53,417 nt of DNA, taken from positions 1 through 53,417 of the forward strand of contig DATLAR010000068.1 of the NCBI GenBank assembly GCA_035527355.1, written 5' to 3'. The notes beneath the pieces were generated by a model. The model ran no database searches and had not been told where the DNA came from. It saw only the letters and a program-made list of their open reading frames with translations. The DNA comes from Planctomycetota bacterium (GTDB lineage Bacteria > Planctomycetota > PUPC01 > JABMSA01). The position numbers were made by a program, and so were the translations under genes. Below, piece by piece: positions 43,223 through 49,464 of the stretch (positions within the stretch are counted from its first letter, which is position 1; the number at the start of each line of letters is the position of its first letter).

Positions 43223-44059
43223 TCAGGGCCGACGGCGGGCGCGCCCGGCCTTCGAGCGTCCGGCTTCCGCTTTACGTGCAGTTGGGGAAGGAGGGCGGGA
43301 ACGTCGTGCCGCACCAGTTTGGCGGTAGCGTGACACCATCTTGTTTGACGGTGCCTTGGCCCCGCCCGATGCGCCGGGTTTCTCGCGAAGGTACCGGCAG
43401 TCGCCTCGCAGGGGGCATTTCATGCATTTGGGCGAGGACTCGAAGCAGTATTCGCGAGACAGCCTTCCGACCACTCGGTGGAAGTTGTGCTCTTCGCCCT
43501 GCGGCAGCGCCGATTTGAGGCATTCATGGATTTGCAGCGTAGCGCGAGGTGTCGACGCAAACCCCGCCCTCGCCATGAAACGCGCCACGCCCTCGTCCAA
43601 TGGCACCTGCAAGGCCGCGTCGCTTCCATTTTGCGCGAGCAGCAGCAACAGACTGGCCGCCAACGACTTCGGGAAGCTCAGCTTGTGCAGCAGCGATGCC
43701 ACCTGCTCCGGCGTGCTGTCGTCCAGCACTTCCGGGCTAAGGTTCGATTTCTCGATCAGCAGCCCCTCAAGCGTGCTCTTCAGCAGCAGGTGCGCTCCCG
43801 AATTCACGCCCGCGCTCTTCAATTCCTCAGCCAGGCAAAACTCGTCGGAAACGCGAACCTCATTCCAGTCCACGTAAAGCTTCTGAAGCAGCTCGTATGC
43901 CTTGTATGCGTGTGATTCGGGCGCCTCGGACGACAGGATGGTAACGATGAGCTGGTCGAGGAATGTGCCGGAGCGAGTTCTACGACGCCGCCCGTAGACC
44001 CTGCCAAGGCGGTCGTAAATTCGCGCCATCTTTTGCTTGTCAGATCTTGATGCCGCCAA
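43223..44059 (-). CDS. endonuclease III-like HhH-GPD superfamily protein with [4Fe-4S] cluster loop and basic C-terminal tail
   Basis: C-x6-C-x2-C-x5-C (CFESSPKCMKCPLRGDC). N-terminus FLDQLIVTILSSEAPESHAYKAYELL is typical of Nth-like proteins. TTG 44059 has AGGAG 7 nt upstream; ATG 44029 is an alternative start. Confidence 0.78.
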   Translation of the reverse strand: MAASRSDKQKMARIYDRLGRVYGRRRRTRSGTFLDQLIVTILSSEAPESHAYKAYELLQKLYVDWNEVRVSDEFCLAEELKSAGVNSGAHLLLKSTLEGLLIEKSNLSPEVLDDSTPEQVASLLHKLSFPKSLAASLLLLLAQNGSDAALQVPLDEGVARFMARAGFASTPRATLQIHECLKSALPQGEEHNFHRVVGRLSREYCFESSPKCMKCPLRGDCRYLREKPGASGGAKAPSNKMVSRYRQTGAARRSRPPSPTARKAEAGRSKAGRARRRP

Positions 44060-44094
44060 ATCCCAAACTCCTGCTCCCCACCCAGCCTTATCAT

Positions 44095-44123
44095 ATTATA
44101 CAGAATTGCCGCCCCTGTGTCAA
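44095..44123 (-). promoter_or_regulatory. perfect-consensus sigma70 promoter for the EndoIII-like gene
   Basis: Minus strand: TTGACA (44123-44118), 17 nt, TATAAT (44100-44095). Confidence 0.55.
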
Positions 44124-44304
44124 CCTTGAACTGCCGCAATTGCCACTAGCGCGGGCCGGAATTCTTGTAAAACTTTGTGTTCCATAGGGAAACAGCGCCA
44201 TACACCGCTTTCTCATGTACGTTTTGTCAGCATAACGTTGCCTTCTGTAGAAGCTGCATCGATCACGTAGCGTTTTCATTACGTCTGAACGCCTCGCTAC
44301 CACC

Positions 44305-44333
44305 TTGACTATCTTCGCGCAATCTGCTACTAT
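44305..44333 (+). promoter_or_regulatory. sigma70-like promoter for the UDG gene
   Basis: TTGACT (44305-44310), 17 nt, TACTAT (44328-44333). The TTG 'start' of track ORF 44305..45360 is this -35 box. Confidence 0.5.
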
Positions 44334-44373
44334 TGCCGCCGGTCGATTACGAGGCAGCATCCGGAGCCGTCAG

Positions 44374-45360
44374 ATGGAAGATTCCAAGGAAGAAACACGC
44401 CACCTCTTGGCACAGTACAGGCTGCACCTCGAGCTGAGCCGCGGGTTTGGCGTGGAATTTTTGCCGAAATCCCACAAGCCCGCCCCCGCGAGACGGGCGG
44501 CAAGCGCAACGCGCTTCGGCCAATCCCCCGCACCGTCCGGCGCGCAAGATGGTGTCGCACCGGCGCCAAACGCTGCGCCGCACGCCACAGCCGTGCCCGG
44601 AAAAAACAAGCCGCCGCCGCAGGAACCGCGAGCGTCGCCTCCGCCGCCGGAAGAAGACTACTGGCAGCCTGTTTACGCCGGCTCATCACCACCAGACGTA
44701 TCGTATGAGGACAGTATGTACGAATCCCCTCAGCCGCGCCAGCGTGCGCCCGAGCCGGCGTTGCCCGATGTGCCCCCTGCCCTGCCCATTCCGGCCGACG
44801 ATATTTTCGCCGAACTCCGCCGCCAGGTGGCGCAGTGCAAACGCTGCGACCTCTGCAAGGCCCGCTCGCACTCCGTTTTCGGCGAAGGCAATCCGGCCGC
44901 CGAGCTCGTGTTTGTCGGCGAAGGGCCCGGGGCCGACGAGGACCGCCTCGGACGGCCGTTTGTAGGCAAGGCGGGCAAGCTGCTCACGAAGATCATCCAC
45001 GACGGCATGAAACTGCACCGCCACAACGTTTACATCTGCAACGTCGTCAAGTGCCGCCCGCCCGAGAACCGCCCGCCCACGCCATCCGAGATGAGCGTGT
45101 GCCGGCCGTACCTCTTCGAGCAGTTGCGTGCCATCAAGCCGAAGGTAGTGGTGGCCATGGGCGCCACCGCGGTGCACGGTCTGCTGGGCGAGAGGGTGCC
45201 GATCACGAAATTCCGGGGCACTTTTCGCGAGTGGGAAGGCACGAAGCTAATGCCCACGTTCCACCCCGCATATCTCCTGCGCAATTACACCGTTGAAGCC
45301 CGCAAGATGGTGTGGGACGACATGATCGCGGTGGTTAAGTATTTGAAGGGAGAGAAGTAG
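44374..45360 (+). CDS. family 4 uracil-DNA glycosylase with ~140-aa Pro-rich N-terminal extension
   Basis: ATG 44374 with GGAG 9 nt upstream. The C-terminal domain carries CKRCDLC, VFGEGNPAAELVFVGEGPGADED, FVGKAGKLL, NVVKCRPPENR, HPAYLLRN. Confidence 0.9.
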   Translation: MEDSKEETRHLLAQYRLHLELSRGFGVEFLPKSHKPAPARRAASATRFGQSPAPSGAQDGVAPAPNAAPHATAVPGKNKPPPQEPRASPPPPEEDYWQPVYAGSSPPDVSYEDSMYESPQPRQRAPEPALPDVPPALPIPADDIFAELRRQVAQCKRCDLCKARSHSVFGEGNPAAELVFVGEGPGADEDRLGRPFVGKAGKLLTKIIHDGMKLHRHNVYICNVVKCRPPENRPPTPSEMSVCRPYLFEQLRAIKPKVVVAMGATAVHGLLGERVPITKFRGTFREWEGTKLMPTFHPAYLLRNYTVEARKMVWDDMIAVVKYLKGEK

Positions 45361-45389
45361 GAGGAAACAGGAAACGCCGAGCACCCCGT

Positions 45390-46181
45390 TCAGCGGCCGG
45401 CGAGCTGCCGTGCCAGCTTTCCAGCGGCTTCGGCTACATATGCGATTATACGTGCGAGGGCTTCGACCGTGGCTTCGCGCTCGGGAATTGCCTCGGTGAG
45501 CACAAACTGCTCGTCGGCCCAGATTCCGCCGCCGGGCTTGTTTTGCCTTATGGCGATCGCACCGTAAACGAGGTGGGTGTTCAGCAGCAGAGCCTTATGA
45601 TGATTGCCGGAATCGGCGGGGCCGCAGACCGAGCTGATCCTGACGACGCGCGAGCCGTCTTCATCGAGCTGCTTTGCCGAGATGGTAACGTTTTGCGGGG
45701 CGGCATCGGGCAGGTTCACGCGCACGAAGCGTCCGTCGTCGATGCTCTCGGCGGAGCAGTCCAGGCTCTGGAGTGCGAGGTCGATCATATCGAAAAGGCC
45801 AAGGCGTGCATCGGAGCCGGGGGCGGTGTCGATGCTGCCGTATGGCGGGGAATCGTGCGTGGCCGATTGCGGCTGGTAGTCTTCCGGCGCGGGCGTGGTA
45901 ACGGCCGCGGGCTCGGTTTCGGCGGTGGAGCAGGCCGGCCGCGGGCGCTGGCAGCCGAAGCGTGCGAGTGCGAGAGCGGCGATGTTTTGGATATCGCCGT
46001 TGGTGCTTTGCGCGGCCCGCTGCAGTGTGGTGAGGTCGAGGCTCAGCTCGGCCATTCCCTTGCGTGCGGAGCGCACATGGTCGTCGAGGTCCTCGATAGC
46101 TCTGACGAGGGAACGAGCCTCCGGGCCGGCGAGGCGGCGGTCCTGTAGAAGATCGAGCAGGTCGTTTATGCCTTTGTACAT
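45390..46181 (-). CDS. hypothetical protein with C-terminal YbjN-like (T3SS-chaperone-like) domain
   Basis: Start at ATG 46181 (MYKGINDLLDL); the track TTG 46253 sits in the AT-rich promoter-like region. The C-terminus FVRVNLPDAAPQNVTISAKQLDEDGSRVVRISSVCGP...LLLNTHLVYGAIAI...LTEAIP resembles YbjN-family proteins. The family call is from memory. Confidence 0.68.
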   Translation of the reverse strand: MYKGINDLLDLLQDRRLAGPEARSLVRAIEDLDDHVRSARKGMAELSLDLTTLQRAAQSTNGDIQNIAALALARFGCQRPRPACSTAETEPAAVTTPAPEDYQPQSATHDSPPYGSIDTAPGSDARLGLFDMIDLALQSLDCSAESIDDGRFVRVNLPDAAPQNVTISAKQLDEDGSRVVRISSVCGPADSGNHHKALLLNTHLVYGAIAIRQNKPGGGIWADEQFVLTEAIPEREATVEALARIIAYVAEAAGKLARQLAGR

Positions 46182-46319
46182 GCGCAGATGGTCCGCGGGT
46201 TGAAAAAGGTATTCGCTCCGGTTCCGGTATATTATATATGATCGGCGGAGCAAAAAGAAAGGTTAAGCGCAGGACGGGGCTCTTCCGGAAAATCCCAGGC
46301 TGATTGCTTTCATTTTCGC

Positions 46320-46348
46320 TTGATAAGCTGCGGCGGCATTCGTAAACT
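46320..46348 (+). promoter_or_regulatory. sigma70-like promoter for the oxidoreductase gene
   Basis: TTGATA (46320-46325), 17 nt, TAAACT (46343-46348). Confidence 0.4.
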
Positions 46349-46407
46349 ATGCCTGATGTCGCTGTGTTTGTGTTCTGCCGTTGGGCTTTTGATAGTGCTG
46401 GAGCGAA

Positions 46408-47400
46408 ATGCTGAACATCGCAATTATCGGTCTTCGCGGGCACCAGGTGATAATGCTCGATGGCATTCTGAAGCTGAAGGATGCCAGGCTTGCGGCGGTG
46501 GCCGAGGATGACCGCTCGCTTTTCGAGGCGGCTCGCAGCCACCCGGCGGTGGGGCCGGAGGTCCGTTTTTACCACGACTACCGCGAGCTGCTGAGCCGCG
46601 AAGACGTGCAGATCGCCGGGGTGTGCGGCACCGATGACGTTCGCGCGGAAGTGGCGTGCGCGTGCGCCCGGCGTGGCATTCACCTGATGACCGAAAAGCC
46701 GCTGGCAATGAACCTGCCCGGCCTGCAGCAGGTGCGTGCGGCGGTGGAGCAGGCGGGCGTGCGGCTGACGATGATGATCTCGATGCGCTACGCTGCGCAG
46801 TTCATCGCGATGCGCCGGGCCGTGGCCGAAGGGCTTGTGGGCGAGGTGTGCCAGATGTCGGCGCAGAAATCGTATCGGCTGGGCCAGCGGCCGGAATGGA
46901 TGAAAAGCAGCAAGACGTTCAGCGGGATCATACCGTTCATCGGCATTCACGCGCTCGATCTGATGCGGTGGATTTCGGGGCGCGAATACGTGCGCGTAGC
47001 GGCCCTGCATGCCAACGTGGCGCACCCGGAAATCCGCGAGCTGCACGATTCGGCGTCGCTGCTGCTGAAGCTGGACAACGGCGGATCGGCCACCGCGCGG
47101 CTGGACTACTGCCGCCCGGCCGCGGCTGCGTCGCACGGCGACGACCGCGTGCGCATCGCAGGCAGCCGCGGCGTGATCGAGGCGATAAACGACGAGGTGC
47201 GGCTGATAACCGCCGACCAGCCCGAGCGCCTGCTGCCGCTTGGCGCCGAAGAAAACCACTTCGTGGACTTTGTGCGCGCGCTCGAAACCGGCAGCGAATG
47301 CCTGATTCCGGCGGGCGATTGCTACCGGATGACGGAGATCGTGCTGCTGGCAAGAGCCGCCGCCGAGCAGGGTACGATCATGGAAATACCGCCGGGCTGA
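46408..47400 (+). CDS. Gfo/Idh/MocA family NAD(P)-dependent oxidoreductase
   Basis: 330 aa: MLNIAIIGLRGHQ Rossmann start, HLMTEKPLAMNL (EKP motif), then a C-terminal alpha/beta domain. Confidence 0.9.
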   Translation: MLNIAIIGLRGHQVIMLDGILKLKDARLAAVAEDDRSLFEAARSHPAVGPEVRFYHDYRELLSREDVQIAGVCGTDDVRAEVACACARRGIHLMTEKPLAMNLPGLQQVRAAVEQAGVRLTMMISMRYAAQFIAMRRAVAEGLVGEVCQMSAQKSYRLGQRPEWMKSSKTFSGIIPFIGIHALDLMRWISGREYVRVAALHANVAHPEIRELHDSASLLLKLDNGGSATARLDYCRPAAAASHGDDRVRIAGSRGVIEAINDEVRLITADQPERLLPLGAEENHFVDFVRALETGSECLIPAGDCYRMTEIVLLARAAAEQGTIMEIPPG

Positions 47401-47625
47401 AAGGGTCCAAGGTCCAAAGTCCAAGGTCCAAGGTCAAGAGGGTGCAAGGTGAACATGGTGCAAGGTGCAAAGTGCAAGGTGCAAATGACGCTTTGCTTGT
47501 TTGGCCCAGTTGCTCAGGGAGAAACGTCAAAAGTCCAAGGGCCAAAGTCAAGAGGGTGCAGGGTGAACGTGGTGCAAGTGGCGAGGTGCAAGAGGGGTCC
47601 AGGGTCAGGGGTTCGGAATGCAAGG
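47401..47625. repeat. dispersed non-coding repeat, copy B: heptamer arrays and an internal ~48-nt direct duplication
   Basis: GTCCAAR x4 (47405-47432) and GTGCAAR x4 (47458-47485). AAGTCCAAGGTCCAAGGTCAAGAGGGTGCAAGGTGAACATGGTGCAAG (from 47417) is repeated with 4 mismatches from 47531 (AAGTCCAAGGGCCAAAGTCAAGAGGGTGCAGGGTGAACGTGGTGCAAG). Confidence 0.55.
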
Positions 47626-47639
47626 TGAAGAGGACGGAA

Positions 47640-48020
47640 ATGCCTAAGAATCTGCAGCACCACATGATAGTCCGGCAGGCGCACCTGAACCAGTATGGCA
47701 ATCTGTTCGGCGGGCGCGTGCTGGCGGTGATCGACGAGCTGGCTTTCATCACATGCTCGCGCACGTGGCCGGGCCGCAATTTTGTGACCAGGGCGGTGCA
47801 GAATGCGGAGTTTACCGCGCCGGCGCGGCTGGGCGATATCTTGGAGTTCAACTTCGGCATCGAGCGCATCGGCCGCACGTCGGTGCACGTGCGCGTCGAG
47901 ATGATTGTGCGCGACTCGCGAAGCGGCAAGGCCACCAAATCGTTCGACGGCCTGGTAATAATGGTGTGCGTCGACGCCGCCGGCCAGCCGGAGCCCGTGC
48001 CGCCGGTGAATACTACCTGA
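47640..48020 (+). CDS. hotdog-fold acyl-CoA thioesterase (YciA-like)
   Basis: Only the last 126 codons of track ORF 46656..48020 are credible. ATG 47640 (GAGGAC SD) gives MPKNLQHHMIVRQAHLNQYGNLFGGRVLAVIDELAF...GRTSVHVRVEM. Confidence 0.85.
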   Translation: MPKNLQHHMIVRQAHLNQYGNLFGGRVLAVIDELAFITCSRTWPGRNFVTRAVQNAEFTAPARLGDILEFNFGIERIGRTSVHVRVEMIVRDSRSGKATKSFDGLVIMVCVDAAGQPEPVPPVNTT

Positions 48021-48066
48021 GCGGACGGCGGTGCGATGCCATGCGCATAGGGGAGGCACTTTTCGC

Positions 48067-48095
48067 TTGATTTTAAGCCGAAACTGGTATAGAAT
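48067..48095 (+). promoter_or_regulatory. sigma70-like promoter for tRNA-Pro
   Basis: TTGATT (48067-48072), 17 nt, TAGAAT (48090-48095), 16 nt upstream of the mature tRNA 5' end. Confidence 0.45.
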
Positions 48096-48111
48096 GTCAA
48101 TAATGATACCC

Positions 48112-48189
48112 CGGGGTGTGGCGCAGTTTGGCTAGCGCGCTTGAATGGGGTTCAAGAGGCCGGAGGTTCGAGTCCTCCCACCCCGACCA
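48112..48189 (+). tRNA. tRNA-Pro (anticodon GGG), CCA encoded
   Basis: Hand-folded cloverleaf. Acceptor CGGGGTG/CACCCCG, D arm GCGC-AGTTTGGCTA-GCGC, anticodon arm CTTGA-ATGGGGT-TCAAG (U33, GGG, G37). Variable loop AGGCC, T arm GGAGG-TTCGAGT-CCTCC, then A-CCA. 78 nt. Confidence 0.93.
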
Positions 48190-48325
48190 GCCGCCGCTCC
48201 GCTTTCGCCAGAAAGCGGGGCAAGGCTGTCCGCCGAAGCATTAGCGAAGGAGGACGACCTGCTCTTCCACACGCGGAGCTATGGCTGGCAAGCCGGATTC
48301 CTCACACGACGTATTTGGGCAATAA

Positions 48326-48568
48326 ATGAAATACGTCTACCTTCTCAGAAGCATCCCCTTTCCCAACCAACGCTACATTGGTATTACAGATAATTTGCAG
48401 AAGCGTCTCGACAACCACAACTCAGGTGGTTCGCCCCACACATCCAAGTTTCGTCCTTGGAAAGTAGTTGTGGCTATGCGCTTCGAGGAAGATTCCAAAG
48501 CTGCGGCCTTTGAGCAATATCTGAAATCCGGTTCGGGAAGAGCTTTCGTCAATAGGCATTTTTGGTGA
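48326..48568 (+). CDS. small GIY-YIG nuclease-domain protein (UPF0213-like)
   Basis: 80 aa: MKYVYLLRSIPFPNQRYIGITDNLQKRLDNHNSGGSPHTSKFRPWKVVVAMRFEEDSKAAAFEQYLKSGSGRAFVNRHF. This shows GIY(VYLL)-YIG, RL..HN and E..LK motifs. Noticeably lower G+C than flanking genes. Confidence 0.85.
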   Translation: MKYVYLLRSIPFPNQRYIGITDNLQKRLDNHNSGGSPHTSKFRPWKVVVAMRFEEDSKAAAFEQYLKSGSGRAFVNRHFW

Positions 48569-48735
48569 GTTATTGCACTTGAAAGAATAGCCTTGCATGG
48601 CCGAGGAAAACGGATGAGACTGCCTGGATTACACATGGACTCGCTGCACTTGTTTGAATATTTCCAAGCGCGCATACGAACGAGCAAGCTCAGATGTGAA
48701 TGATCTTGCGAAGGGATCGAAGGGACACCTGCCAT

Positions 48736-48900
48736 GGCTTTCATGTTCGAGAGACTGGATGTCTATCAGAAGGCCGTAGATATTGCCGACCAACCGACCA
48801 TTCCGAAGAAGCGCAGGATAATGACAAGTCCCGCGCTTTTTTCATGCAAAGTCCGGCAGTTCCAAACACTTGCAGTGGATCATGCGACGCATTCCATAAA
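48736..48900 (+). pseudogene. degraded four-helix-bundle (23S rRNA intervening-sequence protein family) gene remnant
   Basis: ATG 48736 gives MAFMFERLDVYQKAVDIAD, the characteristic opening (F..L.VWQKA.d.a) of this family. The frame then loses similarity, and a second frame gives ...SEEAQDNDKSRAFFMQS, loosely like the NIAEG..r....f..F block. This suggests a deletion plus frameshift. Confidence 0.35.
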
Positions 48901-49464
48901 CGGCTAACGCGGCTGCCTTCCCGCTTGCGGCACGCCGCTGTCGGCCCGGCGGGAGACGTGCGCCCCTTCTTTGGAGGTGCGTGGGTGCTCTGCCGACCTG
49001 TTTCACGCAGCACTGTAACCTCCGCGTTGAGCCCCCGCAGGAGGGCACGGTCATGTTTGCGCCCGCCGTCATGCACCAGCCGCCCATTTCCGGTTCGCCC
49101 ATTTCACGATTGACAACTGACTCCGAGAAGGCTAAGATAACGGTGTTGCGGTGTTTCGGCAGGTTGCCGTAGCAGACGCCATTGCTCAAGCCGAACGGGT
49201 GTCCGGGTTGAGCGTCGGAATGTGGTCGTCAGAGATGGTCGGCTCTGGAGTAAGGTTTGCGGGCGTTTCATGCCGATGCGGCCGACCTGTATTCTGCCAC
49301 TTCTGTTATTCGCGCACAGCTCTGACGTCTACGAGGCGGAACTGGCGGGCGCTCTCGACGAATCCGGCGGCGCAGGCGCGGTATGCTGAGTTCGGCACGT
49401 GGTTGCAGCCGTAATCAAGACTGATCGTCTTACCGAAGAGTATTGAAGAGGAGACCAGGCTACT

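Noticed and set aside
45661-47424. 587-aa minus-strand ORF
   Set aside because: It is antisense to the Gfo/Idh/MocA oxidoreductase and out of frame over the YbjN-like gene. It is extremely Arg/Pro/His-rich. It is a shadow ORF.
47401-47625. Possible CRISPR array, because of the many short direct repeats
   Set aside because: The repeat units are 7 nt and contiguous, with no 25-40-nt repeats separated by unique spacers. There are no cas genes anywhere in the window.
46656-47639. N-terminal 328 codons of the 454-aa track ORF 46656..48020
   Set aside because: This part is out of frame over the oxidoreductase gene and then reads straight through the heptamer repeats (KVQSPRSKVKRVQ...). Only the last 126 codons (from ATG 47640, with SD) look like a hotdog thioesterase.
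48190-48325. 136-nt spacer between the tRNA and the GIY-YIG gene, containing hairpin CCGCTTTC-GCCA-GAAAGCGG and an SD-like GCGAAGGAGGA far from any start. I suspected a conserved leader element of this GIY-YIG family.
   Set aside because: The suspicion rests only on a vague memory of similar upstream sequences in other genomes, and I cannot substantiate it from this window. The hairpin may simply be the tRNA terminator.
48190-49464. Calling the tRNA-adjacent patch a bona fide genomic island or integrated element
   Set aside because: I found no integrase, no direct repeat of the tRNA 3' end by eye, and only one intact gene. It is reported as a finding to check, not as a mobile_element feature.
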